The notes beneath the pieces were generated by a model, which saw nothing but the letters and a program-made list of their open reading frames with translations, did no database searches and was not told the DNA's origin. Positions 8,411-18,122 of a DNA stretch of 64,000 nt are shown here, in pieces (the first letter of the stretch is position 1; each line of letters opens with the position of its first letter). Source of the stretch: Candidatus Moraniibacteriota bacterium (GTDB taxonomy: Bacteria; Patescibacteriota; Minisyncoccia; Moranbacterales; UBA1568); the NCBI GenBank assembly GCA_013334245.1, contig JAAXXZ010000003.1:2-64001 (forward strand). The letters run 5' to 3'. A program made the translations under genes and the position numbers.

Positions 8411-9475
8411 ATGGCATTCGCACCAGTTCCAAGAGAGTCAAAAGAACAGATAAATAAGGCTGGAGCATCTCTTGTGAGTAATCCCAATGATAAAGTGGCG
8501 CTTGACTTAGCAAATAGATGGAGGGCATGTCACGCTTATCCTATCAACACTTTTAATGCAACATTAAGAATTAAATCTAAGGCTTTTAATGAATCAGTGA
8601 TTGTTGCGCAACGTTTGAAGCGCATGCCAACGATTGTTGACAAATTGAAAAGATATCCATCCATGAAACTTGCCCGGATGCAAGATATCGGCGGATTGAG
8701 AGCTGTTTTGACTTCAACAAAGTGCGTGTATGAATTGGCGTCATCATACAAAGATACTCGATTTAGGCATGAACTTGTAAACGAAAAGGATTATATTAAA
8801 GAACCGCGAGATGAAGATGGATATAGAAGTATACATTTGATTTTTAAATATAAGGGAGCAAATAGTATTGCTAACAAGTACGATGGACTATTATTGGAAC
8901 TACAGATTCGAACTAAGTTACAACATATTTGGGCGACTGCAGTCGAAACCATGGGAACCTTTCTTGGCCAGGCTTTAAAAGCACGTCTTGGCGATAAAGA
9001 GTGGCAAGATTTTTTTGCTCTTGTATCGTCAGCGTTTGCTATTTCTGAAAGAATGCCCGTTCTTCCACGGCATCGGGAGTTGTCTAAAGAAGATATATAC
9101 AGAGCAATTCAAAAGGCTAATGAGGAACTCGGCGTGTTGGAAAGAATAAAGGGATATGCAGTAGCTGTTGAGGTTATTAGCAATAGACCAGACTCTTCAA
9201 GGAGAGGACATTCATATCATCTGGTGGTTCTGAATTCGGATGCAAGGAGCGTGCAAGTTAAGTCATATAAAAAGGGAGCTGTAAAACAAGCACTGGAGGA
9301 TTATTCTAATATCGAAAATCGAGCTTTAAATGGAGAAAAGATTGAAGCGGTTTTGGTTTCTGCTGGCGGGCCGCTAGCAGTGCTTCGACAAGCTTACCCA
9401 AACTTCTTCCTAGATATTAAAGATTTCGTCGGAAAAATCGAGGATATTGTTAGAAAGGCAAAAAACTTAAAATAA
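8411..9475 (+). CDS. RelA/SpoT-domain protein, fused CapRel-like toxSAS
   Basis: AQRLKR, MQDIGGLR, DGYRSIH and ELQIRTKLQHIWA synthetase motifs plus C-terminal VLVS..LRQAYPNFF; visibly AT-rich. Confidence 0.8.
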   Translation: MAFAPVPRESKEQINKAGASLVSNPNDKVALDLANRWRACHAYPINTFNATLRIKSKAFNESVIVAQRLKRMPTIVDKLKRYPSMKLARMQDIGGLRAVLTSTKCVYELASSYKDTRFRHELVNEKDYIKEPRDEDGYRSIHLIFKYKGANSIANKYDGLLLELQIRTKLQHIWATAVETMGTFLGQALKARLGDKEWQDFFALVSSAFAISERMPVLPRHRELSKEDIYRAIQKANEELGVLERIKGYAVAVEVISNRPDSSRRGHSYHLVVLNSDARSVQVKSYKKGAVKQALEDYSNIENRALNGEKIEAVLVSAGGPLAVLRQAYPNFFLDIKDFVGKIEDIVRKAKNLK

Positions 9476-9483
9476 AGAAGTGG

Positions 9484-9604
9484 GTCAGGTAGCTTTTTCA
9501 AAATACTACATATAGAATCTTACCGATACGAATGAAACGAGGTAGGGGAACGCGCTTGATGTTATTCTTTCTAGGCTGAAGAACGACCGCGACAAGGGAT
9601 ATGT
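9484..9604. repeat. 121-bp dispersed element, copy 1
   Basis: Highly similar to 16707-16827 (GTCAGGTA.CTTTTT..CAAAATACT..CCGATACGAATGAA..GCGCTTGATGTTATTCTTTC..GAAGAACGACCGCGAC.AGGGATATGT). Confidence 0.85.
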
Positions 9605-9651
9605 TTTTTTGAGATTTTGCATACAATCGGCTTAGGTCGTAAGATGAACGC

Positions 9652-10458
9652 ATGGATATTCAGACCGTCTTCGATAAGGGTATAAAGCCAGTGAACGAGG
9701 ATTCGCTCTTGGTAGCGGATCCGATTTTTGGCGTGTTCGACGGCGTTTCCGTACTGGAACCTGGGGCGCCGCGAGAGGACGGGCTGACCGGAGCGGCTAT
9801 CGCTTCAAGAATCGCGAAGAATGTCTTCTCATCTAGGGATGGTGCCCTGGTCGAGTCGGCTCTTCAAGCGAATGACGCTATCCGAAAGGCGATGGAGGAG
9901 AATGGCATTGATTGGAAAAGAAAGACGGCACAATGGGCGACGACGGCGTCGGTTATCCGTATCGGGAACGGTTCGTTCGACTGGCTCCATATCGGGGACA
10001 GCGTCGTGATGGTGGTTATGAATGACGGATCCTGCAGGGTTCTTGGAAGCGGGCATGGGCAGGACCGGGAAATCTTGATCGAATGGAAAAAGCTTGCCGA
10101 TCAGGGGATTGAGAATATACGTGAGGCACTGTCGGACTCGATGTCCGCGGCGCGCAACGGTGAAGCTAATTATGGTGACCTGGACGGCGATCCTAATATA
10201 GAACGCTATCTGGAACATGGGACGGAGTCACTTGAAAATGTGCGTCACATTCTTCTCTTTACGGACGGACTCGTGATGCCGAAAGAAGATCCCGCATCAG
10301 ACGACGATTTACATCGCTTCGTCGATATGTTCGAGAAGGATACATTGGAAGGACTTCGTGACCATGTACGAACTCTCGAAGATGCCGATCCGAAATGCTG
10401 GAAGTACCCCCGATTCAAACAGCACGACGACATCGCTGCCGTCGCCATATCATTCTAA
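9652..10458 (+). CDS. PP2C-family phosphatase domain protein
   Basis: NED, FGVFDG, IGDS, LLFTDG and DDIA motifs. Confidence 0.85.
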   Translation: MDIQTVFDKGIKPVNEDSLLVADPIFGVFDGVSVLEPGAPREDGLTGAAIASRIAKNVFSSRDGALVESALQANDAIRKAMEENGIDWKRKTAQWATTASVIRIGNGSFDWLHIGDSVVMVVMNDGSCRVLGSGHGQDREILIEWKKLADQGIENIREALSDSMSAARNGEANYGDLDGDPNIERYLEHGTESLENVRHILLFTDGLVMPKEDPASDDDLHRFVDMFEKDTLEGLRDHVRTLEDADPKCWKYPRFKQHDDIAAVAISF

Positions 10459-10589
10459 TCGGAAGGACCGCGCTAAAACTCGAATCGGATTTTTGGGAAA
10501 AAACAGGCCTCAACAATGTTCCTGACCCCTCTTCGGGACAGAATGGGGTTGTATACAATTATTTGCATAATTGATAATCTGAAGACAAT

Positions 10590-10988
10590 ATGAAACAACA
10601 AATCAATCCGGAAAATTTTACCGAGATCATGGGAGCGTATTCTCACGGTCTCCGAGTTGATATCGGGGATTCGGAAATGATTTTCGTTACCGGTCAGATC
10701 GCGATGGATAAACATGGCAATCCGGTTGCGCCCGACGATATCGTCAAGCAGACGGAGTTCGTGTTTCAGAATATCGTCAGGATATTGGAAGCGGGCGGTT
10801 CTTCCATCGATGACGTGGTCAAGGCCGTGATATATGTCACGAACATCTCCGACTTCAAGGAAATATCTACCGTGCGAAATAGGTATTTTGCGAACTGCAA
10901 GCCGGTCAGCACGCTAGTCGAGATCAATAAGACCGTGAAGGAAGGCTGTGATATTGAAGTGGAAGTGATAGCAATACGAAAAAAATAA
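10590..10988 (+). CDS. RidA/YjgF family protein
   Basis: GAYSHG, IFVTGQI, DVVKA, PVSTLV and IEVEVIA motifs. Confidence 0.9.
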   Translation: MKQQINPENFTEIMGAYSHGLRVDIGDSEMIFVTGQIAMDKHGNPVAPDDIVKQTEFVFQNIVRILEAGGSSIDDVVKAVIYVTNISDFKEISTVRNRYFANCKPVSTLVEINKTVKEGCDIEVEVIAIRKK

Positions 10989-11048
10989 ACCCAGCCTGAA
11001 AAAGGTCAGGCATCTTTTCAAGAAGTAACGGCATAAAATCGAACTGAT

Positions 11049-12146
11049 ATGGATGAACCGAAGAAGGGGAATGCACTTGATAGCTTTCTTGCAGGACTGC
11101 GGAACGATATCACGACGAGGGATATGTCTGTCGCGACGGTTTTGAAGTGGGTGGTATTGCTTGTGGTGGCGTATGTCGTCTTGCCGCTTACAATCGTGGC
11201 GGCGCTGTGGTATATCTGGGCCAAGACATCGTGGTCGAAGTCGAAGCGGATACTGGCGACGTTGGCCGTCATTGTGGTCGCGATATGGATTGTTTCTCTT
11301 GGTGCCAACCGAAAGGCGGATGTGCCGGATACGGCGGGATCGCAGCAGCCGGCCACACAGACGCAATCAAATGTGGAGGCTCCGCAGGTTCAGGTTCCCG
11401 TAGTACAGGAAGAGGAAAAAGTGACGGAGCCCGTTTCGGAGGCTGATGACCTGTATAAGGTCGTTGGCGTGACGGACGGGGATACGATCAAGGTGGATAT
11501 CGGGGGGAATATCGAGACGATCAGACTCATCGGCATGGATACGCCGGAAACGGTGGACCCGCGCAAGCCGGTGCAGTGCTTCGGTAAGGAATCGTCCGAC
11601 AAGGCGCGCGAGATGCTCGGCGGGAAGAAGGTCCGTCTGGAAGCGGATCCGACCCAGGGCGAGCGGGACACGTACAATCGTCTGCTTCGATACGTCTATT
11701 TCGAGGACGGCACATCGTTCGACAAGTGGATGATCGCGGAAGGGTATGCCCACGAGTATACCTATCAGAGCAAGCCGTATAAATACCAGGCTGAATATCA
11801 GGCCGCCGAGAAGTCGGCACGCGAGGGGAAAAAAGGCCTGTGGGCCGACGATACCTGCAAAGGGGTTACGGTAACGGCTGCGGTGACCGCCGCCACGACA
11901 GCTGTCGTTGGGAATGCGCTTACCGCCGACACGTCAAAAACAACGTCCTCGGTATCGAATGGTTCCACGACCACGACTCCATCTGCCGGTTCAACGACAT
12001 CGACTTCCGGTGGTGTGGTCAAGAAAAGCTCGACCGGCATATGCCACGCTCCCGGAACGACCTACTACAACCAGACCAAAAGCTTCATAGCTTTCGACAC
12101 CCTCGACGCCTGCCTTGCGAGCGGGGGGCGGCTTCCGAAGAGATAA
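11049..12146 (+). CDS. Membrane-anchored thermonuclease (SNase family)
   Basis: Two N-terminal TM segments; DGDTI, IRLIGMDTPE and RDTYNRLLRY motifs; T/S-rich linker and small C-terminal Cys domain. Confidence 0.9.
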   Translation: MDEPKKGNALDSFLAGLRNDITTRDMSVATVLKWVVLLVVAYVVLPLTIVAALWYIWAKTSWSKSKRILATLAVIVVAIWIVSLGANRKADVPDTAGSQQPATQTQSNVEAPQVQVPVVQEEEKVTEPVSEADDLYKVVGVTDGDTIKVDIGGNIETIRLIGMDTPETVDPRKPVQCFGKESSDKAREMLGGKKVRLEADPTQGERDTYNRLLRYVYFEDGTSFDKWMIAEGYAHEYTYQSKPYKYQAEYQAAEKSAREGKKGLWADDTCKGVTVTAAVTAATTAVVGNALTADTSKTTSSVSNGSTTTTPSAGSTTSTSGGVVKKSSTGICHAPGTTYYNQTKSFIAFDTLDACLASGGRLPKR

Positions 12147-12299
12147 ACATATAAATATAGAGTCGCAAAAAAGGACCCGGTACGTTTTTGACTCTCAATG
12201 ATATGATGATCGAGTGAGCACTTCGTAGTCAATTCGAAACGTTGCACGTATATTGTCGTATGCGGAAATGCGTGATGGTCAATTTTTTTAGTCAAAGAT

Positions 12300-12851
12300 A
12301 TGAATATCTACATTTACGGTGTTCCGGGATCCGGGAAGACGACGCTTTCCAAGTTGCTGGGAGAGTCCTTGGGCAGGGCTTGTTATGAGGCTGATACGGT
12401 ACGCGCAGCAGCGCAGGCTGGAAAGACCTCCGACTCCGACCCATTCTATTTCCTGCCGACGACAGAAGCGTATAAGGCAATCGGAGAACGAACACCGGAA
12501 AACGTCATAAACGGACTGCTGGAAGTTCGAAGGGCGCTCGGCGATTTTGTGGAGCGTGAAGTATCTTTGCGGGAAGATGCAATCATTGAGGCTTCGTTTC
12601 TTGACCCGGTCAGGTTGATGTCGAGTGGCCGGATGTTATTATTGACCATCCCGTCCGAAAGCTTACATCGTGAACGGTTTTTGGTTCATCGCACCGAGAA
12701 GTCCTTCTTGCATGGTCAGTTTGAGAATGCGAGAATCATACAGGAATTTCTTATTGCGGAAGCTGATCGTCTCGCTATCGATGTCGTCGAAAATACGGGT
12801 GATTTGAATGACTTGATGGAGCGCACGCTAAAGTTATTATTCCGGCAATAA
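12300..12851 (+). CDS. P-loop kinase-like protein
   Basis: N-terminal Walker A GVPGSGKTT. Confidence 0.75.
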   Translation: MNIYIYGVPGSGKTTLSKLLGESLGRACYEADTVRAAAQAGKTSDSDPFYFLPTTEAYKAIGERTPENVINGLLEVRRALGDFVEREVSLREDAIIEASFLDPVRLMSSGRMLLLTIPSESLHRERFLVHRTEKSFLHGQFENARIIQEFLIAEADRLAIDVVENTGDLNDLMERTLKLLFRQ

Positions 12852-13054
12852 AATAAGTACCATTTTTGAGAGTAAACTGATAAATCATCTCAAAAAGTGC
12901 AAATCGCGAGGCAACCTTCGGAGAAAAATGAGTGGATCATGCGAACGGTTTCCGCTCTCGACCTCGAATCGACCTTTAGGAAGAGGGGAAGACCCAAAAA
13001 AGGTACCTTACCTGCCCTGTAGAAATCATCTCTGCGTTTCAATTTTTCCGAACC

Positions 13055-13135
13055 GTCATCCCGGGCTTGACCCGGGATCCAAGGCATAGATTTCAGCTCT
13101 TGCCCGGCGCATGCTCGGGCGGAGGCCGGAATGAC
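13055..13135. repeat. REP-like palindrome, family B (GTCATCCCGG...GGAATGAC)
   Basis: Terminal inverted repeat with internal hairpins; related copy at 21585-21694. Confidence 0.7.
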
Positions 13136-13196
13136 AATCCCAGGACGGCACTTTTCTACGGAGCATACGAGACCACTTTTCTGGCTGGATGAGCGG

Positions 13197-14276
13197 TCAG
13201 GGAACCCGTTTCCGTCGCCAGACCTTGTGCGGATCGGCGACGAATTTTTCGGAATCGTTGGGTCCGTCTTCGAGTTCGTAGACGCGGAAGGAGTCCGGAT
13301 TCCTCTTTTTGACCAGCGATTCCCCGGCCTTCATCACGTTTTTGCTCCGTTCACGCTGCAATAGATTTTGTTCGATGAATTTGATGTGGGCGGTCCCGTA
13401 GATGAGCGTAATCTTCTTGTAGCCGGCATCGGCAAGGCGGTGAAGTGCGTCCGCGATATGTGCGTCCCTCAGGGCGTTCCATCGCATCTCCTCCGAAATC
13501 GATTCCGGAGTCGGTCCGTCGTCCGTCCGTTCGGAACGTTTGGGCGTTTCCGTCAGCTTCGGGGTGACACCGAATATGAGTCCGGCACCGGCAAGAAGGC
13601 CGAGGCGGAGAAAATTCCGCCGAGACATGTTCGATGCGGCTTCCGTCTTCTTTCCCATGCCGAGGGCGGTAGCTCCTGCTGCCGCGGCTGCGCCGTAAAG
13701 TCCGAGCCGTTTCAGTTTGGCGGACTCGGCGGCGTCCTCTTCGACGGCCTGCTGGTCCATCTCGCTTTCTTTCAGATATTCCTCTGGATCCATTGAATAA
13801 TTCAGGTCGGCACAGGCGAGATCCTTGCCGTATTTGGCGGCCAGCAGCTCGAGCTCATGATGAAAGATGCCGATGTTCCATTCCCGTTCGTGGCCGATGG
13901 CGGTCTGCCGGACCTGTTCGAGATTGTATGCGGGATTGGACGGAGACGGAATGGCTGAGAGGTGCGACGCCGTATCTCGATCGTACATTCCTTGGGCCTC
14001 GGGCGCGTATTCGACGACGACGATATCGCTTTCGCGAATCGCGGATTCGATCTCGCTTCGGAATTCCAGGAACGTTTCGGGAACGTGCATCGTTCCGATG
14101 GCGTTGATGTCGGATGCCCCGATCTTCCAATGCCGCGTCTCCATGTTCGAGCGGATCTGTTCCGATGGGAATTTCCGTTTTGACTCCGACTCACGATCAA
14201 ATTCGCGCGAATGGCCGGTGACGCGCTCGGATGTCGTGGGGATATGCTCGATGCTCGGGAAAGGGAATCGTTCCAT
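13197..14276 (-). CDS. TraB/Tiki-like hypothetical protein with internal twin-arginine-like segment
   Basis: IGTMH, VVVE, RD and IYGTAH motifs; internal MSRRNFLRLG plus hydrophobic stretch. Confidence 0.6.
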   Translation of the reverse strand: MERFPFPSIEHIPTTSERVTGHSREFDRESESKRKFPSEQIRSNMETRHWKIGASDINAIGTMHVPETFLEFRSEIESAIRESDIVVVEYAPEAQGMYDRDTASHLSAIPSPSNPAYNLEQVRQTAIGHEREWNIGIFHHELELLAAKYGKDLACADLNYSMDPEEYLKESEMDQQAVEEDAAESAKLKRLGLYGAAAAAGATALGMGKKTEAASNMSRRNFLRLGLLAGAGLIFGVTPKLTETPKRSERTDDGPTPESISEEMRWNALRDAHIADALHRLADAGYKKITLIYGTAHIKFIEQNLLQRERSKNVMKAGESLVKKRNPDSFRVYELEDGPNDSEKFVADPHKVWRRKRVP

Positions 14277-14432
14277 AGTCACAGTATACACCGGTATGGG
14301 AACGTTTTCAGCCTTCCGAGGGCATCCCCGGCGATCGGGCGACGGCCTAACGTGATGCGTCGAATGACTGGCGGCGATATTGGTGCGTATATGACAAAGC
14401 CTCGAACATTGCGGTCGAGGCTGTATTGTCTC

Positions 14433-14876
14433 TTAAGCGGATACATTGTTGCGGGCAGGAAAGACGGCGCGGTTCAGTGCTTCCAGCACGTTTCCGATGC
14501 TCTCGATCAGCAGGCAGGTAAACGAGCCCGTTGCGGCGACTGAGAGGTCGAACCACGGAAAACGGCTTTCCGAAAGGACGGTCACGTCCCGACACGCGCT
14601 TCCGTATGAGTATCGGAAGATGCCACCGAGACGAGCGTCGGGAGCCGACGCGCCGGTTATGCTTCCGTACGCCCAGCCGTTCGGTTTCACGTGCACCGTC
14701 GCTTTCGCGGAATAGTCGTTCCGGTCGTGGTATGAAGCATGAAACGTGATACCGTCGCAGGTGCGAAGCGATATCGCCTTACGGTCGATTCCGGCATATC
14801 CGTGAAACTGCGATGAGAGCAGTTTTTCGAAGTTTGCCCGTGCGCGCGGCCAGTTATTCGGATCGATATGGATCAT
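14433..14876 (-). CDS. Hypothetical protein
   Basis: ORF with upstream TTGACA (14949-14944) and downstream hairpin ~14398-14422. Confidence 0.45.
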   Translation of the reverse strand: MIHIDPNNWPRARANFEKLLSSQFHGYAGIDRKAISLRTCDGITFHASYHDRNDYSAKATVHVKPNGWAYGSITGASAPDARLGGIFRYSYGSACRDVTVLSESRFPWFDLSVAATGSFTCLLIESIGNVLEALNRAVFPARNNVSA

Positions 14877-15217
14877 GGTGGTCTTGGGTTGCGGTTTTTG
14901 AGGAACGAGTGCCGGGTACAAGCTAACAGTATCGCCTCTTTCGTGTCAATGCCACGGTTTCGCGCTCCGAATGTCCGATCGGAACCAACCAGAAGGCATG
15001 AGACCAAGGAAAACGTCCTTTCGGTTCAATACCGGGATTCGGATAACGGGCCCTCGCGTCATCTGCCCTCGACTCGCGCCAGAATGCGCCATGACGGGAA
15101 GGGACGCGGTATTCAGGTTCGGTTCTTGTGTATTCGCTGCAAAATGCTATGATTTCAGCGTAAATGTGATGGTCATAACCAGTACTGCCATTTCCAAAAC
15201 ACGTTCCCGATGAGTCC

Positions 15218-15317
15218 GTCTTTGCGAGGACGTATTCGTCCGTGGCAATCCAGGGCTCAAGAATCGGGCATGGACCGCCACGGCCCGCCCTTTGCGAAGG
15301 GCAGGACTCGCGGAGAC
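15218..15317. repeat. REP-like palindrome, family C (GTCTTTGCGAG..GTGGCAATCC..GGACCGCCACG..CTCGCGGAGAC)
   Basis: Related copies at 21380-21511 and ~30370-30441. Confidence 0.75.
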
Positions 15318-15356
15318 GGATGGAACGGATCCATGGAAATGGTATAAGAGAAGCAT

Positions 15357-16064
15357 ATGCAAACGGCAAATGTGGAGCTCATGCGGTCAGCTCGGGAGTC
15401 ATTGAAGGGAAAGTGGGGATTGGCTATCGGGGTCACTATCGTCTATTGCATCATCACCGGGGGCCTGCAAAGCATCAAGCAGGTCGGCCCGCTCGTAGCT
15501 ATGCTTGTGTCCGGTCCGCTCGCCGGGGGAATGGCGATATTCACATTGGCACTCGTACGGAATCAGGAGGCGAAGTTCGAGCAGCTCTTTGACGGCTTCA
15601 AATCGTTCGCGACGTATTTCGTCGCCTATCTCCTGATGCTCGTCTTCATACTTCTCTGGTCGCTTCTGCTTATCGTCCCGGGAATCATCGCGGCGATTTC
15701 GTATTCGATGACCTATTTCATCATCGCGGACAATCCGACGGTTTCGCCTTCCGACGCGCTCAAGCGGAGCAAAGAAATGATGCAGGGCAACAAGGGGAAG
15801 TTCTTCGGTCTCCAGTTACGATTCCTTGGTTGGGCGATCCTGTGCGTTTTGACCGCGGGTATCGGTTTTATCTGGCTTATCCCGTATATTCAGGTCAGCG
15901 TCGCCAAGTTCTATGAGGATTTGAAAGGAACCACCGCCGCGCCAAGTGCCCCAGCTGAGCCGGTCGCCGCGTCGCCGACGGCACCCGTATCTGATGCGCC
16001 GGTAACACAAGTGAAGGACGCCAAAGTGGACGACGGTACTCCGGTGAGTGAGGAAAAGAAGTAA
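15357..16064 (+). CDS. DUF975-family membrane protein with DnaK-like C-terminal tail
   Basis: ARESLKGKWG, LWSLLLIVPGIIAAISYSMTYFI and SKEMMQGNKGK motifs. Confidence 0.9.
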   Translation: MQTANVELMRSARESLKGKWGLAIGVTIVYCIITGGLQSIKQVGPLVAMLVSGPLAGGMAIFTLALVRNQEAKFEQLFDGFKSFATYFVAYLLMLVFILLWSLLLIVPGIIAAISYSMTYFIIADNPTVSPSDALKRSKEMMQGNKGKFFGLQLRFLGWAILCVLTAGIGFIWLIPYIQVSVAKFYEDLKGTTAAPSAPAEPVAASPTAPVSDAPVTQVKDAKVDDGTPVSEEKK

Positions 16065-16069
16065 GGAAC

Positions 16070-16099
16070 GAAGGGCGGAGGGATTTACCCTCCGCCTTT
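16070..16099 (+). terminator. Intrinsic terminator
   Basis: AAGGGCGGAGGG-ATTTA-CCCTCCGCCTTT hairpin. Confidence 0.65.
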
Positions 16100-16176
16100 G
16101 CTAATCGGGAACAAGAGCCAGAAAAATAAATAATATGTAATTATCGTATTGAAGCAGAAATGAATATTTCAAATTT

Positions 16177-16695
16177 ATGGAAAAAAAATTAGCGAAAAAG
16201 GAAACACTCGTAATAAGCGCGTGGATTTGTGCAGGAAAATCATATTTGACGAAGAAATATACGAATATAATTGAGCTACCGAGCGGCGACTACAAGTATA
16301 TTTTGACGGACGAACAAAAGGCCGTTGTGAACAAGGAAAGCCTGAAATCGACAAAAAGGGAAATTAATCCCGCTTGGCCAAGAAATTATTATGATGCGAT
16401 TCTTACAGAAGTAAAAAACGGAAAATATGACATTATTCTTATCGCACCATGTATGCCTTTCTCAGAGATGCGGGACTATGGCATAAAATTCGTATTGGCG
16501 TATCCGGATCCGACGTGCAAGGAAGAGTATATTCAACGGGCAAGAAAGAGAGGTGCGAATGAAGAATTTGTAAAAAGAATCGAGACAAACATTCAGAGCG
16601 ATTTCGAAGATTTCGTAAACCAGCCGAACGAAAAGCTCATCATGCAACCGGGAGAATACTTAGAAGACGCCCTCATCAGAGCCGGTATATTATAG
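16177..16695 (+). CDS. P-loop NTPase/kinase-like protein (AT-rich, probably acquired)
   Basis: Degenerate Walker A SAWICAGKS; YP..KEEYIQRARKRG; low GC by eye. Confidence 0.7.
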   Translation: MEKKLAKKETLVISAWICAGKSYLTKKYTNIIELPSGDYKYILTDEQKAVVNKESLKSTKREINPAWPRNYYDAILTEVKNGKYDIILIAPCMPFSEMRDYGIKFVLAYPDPTCKEEYIQRARKRGANEEFVKRIETNIQSDFEDFVNQPNEKLIMQPGEYLEDALIRAGIL

Positions 16696-16706
16696 CCGGT
16701 AAAGGT

Positions 16707-16827
16707 GTCAGGTACCTTTTTTCAAAATACTGCATAGAGAATCTCACCGATACGAATGAATCGAAGCGGGGAATGCGCTTGATGTTATTCTTTCCGGCTA
16801 GAAGAACGACCGCGACGAGGGATATGT
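16707..16827. repeat. 121-bp dispersed element, copy 2
   Basis: Highly similar to 9484-9604. Confidence 0.85.
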
Positions 16828-17110
16828 CCCTTTCGATTGGACCCTTTCGATTGGAAATGCTATCGAAAAAACGTAACATAATAATGCGGTCGTCAGTTGG
16901 TGTTACAATATATGCACCGGGTGACGCGAAGTGACGGCCGTCCGCTCATGTCACCTGAAAAAGAGCAGAGCCAAAAGCCGGATACATTTATTGAACATTT
17001 TTTTACGAAGACTCACGAAAAAATGTCGAAAAAGATTTAATACAAAGCTGCTCGACTCCGCCCTCTGGTCTTTGGGTGAAATCATCAGACCATAACGCTG
17101 TCTATCTATT

Positions 17111-17536
17111 ATGACCGAAGAAACCGGGATGCTTTCCGATTGTTTCTATAGGACGAGTGCCAAGGCTATGATTCTCGATGAAGGGGGGCGGTTCTTGCTC
17201 ATGCTCGAAAAGAAAGGTGTGTGGGAACTTCCTGGAGGAGGCTTGGATTTCGGCGAGAGTCCGCAGCAGTGTCTTGCCCGTGAGATACAAGAAGAAATGG
17301 GGCTCGAGGTGGTCCACATCGCCGAGAGGCCGAAGTATTTTCTGACGGCCCCGCGGAGGGACGGCCAAGGCTGGATCGCGAACATCATCTACGAGGTACG
17401 GGTCGCGAATCTGGATTTCGTACCGTCGGACGAATGCGTGGAAATTCGGTTTTTCACGGCGGTAGAGGCGTCGAAGGAGAACCTCCTCCCGCACGTGAGG
17501 GAGTTCGTGAAACTGTTTAATCCGACGCGGGAGTGA
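17111..17536 (+). CDS. NUDIX hydrolase
   Basis: WELPGGGLDFGESPQQCLAREIQEEMG. Confidence 0.92.
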   Translation: MTEETGMLSDCFYRTSAKAMILDEGGRFLLMLEKKGVWELPGGGLDFGESPQQCLAREIQEEMGLEVVHIAERPKYFLTAPRRDGQGWIANIIYEVRVANLDFVPSDECVEIRFFTAVEASKENLLPHVREFVKLFNPTRE

Positions 17537-17552
17537 TAATCTGCTATTTACT

Positions 17553-18092
17553 ATGAAACAAACTATCACCATCATCGGTACGCTTCATGCGGGGTTCACA
17601 CCGGAGGCGGAACTTCGTGCGATCATCGAGCGATATCATCCGGATTTGGTACTGGTGGAGATGGCGCAGGAAGACATGGAAAGTGGAAATATCGCCGGCT
17701 ATCCTCCGGAGATGGTCTTCGCATGCCGTTGGGCGGTCGAAAACGGTGTTTCCGTGAAGGGATTCGATTCGAAAATAGACACGTTCCGTGGTGGATTCTC
17801 GAAGGAGAGGAACGACGAGATAGTGCGAAAGCAGGGCGAGATAATCGCGAAGCATGACTGGAAGGATTTCAATCGTCCGGAGATCGATAGGTTGCTCGAT
17901 ATCCCGGAGCTTTCCAATTCGATCGACCCCGAACTGGAGGCGGAGCGTGAGGCGTTGATGCTCAAAAAAATCAGGGATTCGATCGGAGACGCCTCCGCCG
18001 TGCTTGTTCTTACGGGATGCGGACATCTGGATTTCTTGGAAAAAGCTATGCCGGATGCGGTACTGCCGCTTCGCTGCGGCACGAAGGAATAA
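17553..18092 (+). CDS. Hypothetical protein, TraB/Tiki-like fold possible
   Basis: IIGTLH, PDLVLVE, RE and LTGCGH motifs. Confidence 0.65.
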   Translation: MKQTITIIGTLHAGFTPEAELRAIIERYHPDLVLVEMAQEDMESGNIAGYPPEMVFACRWAVENGVSVKGFDSKIDTFRGGFSKERNDEIVRKQGEIIAKHDWKDFNRPEIDRLLDIPELSNSIDPELEAEREALMLKKIRDSIGDASAVLVLTGCGHLDFLEKAMPDAVLPLRCGTKE

Positions 18093-18122
18093 CCGATTGC
18101 TTATAAAGTATGAGACAGAAAA

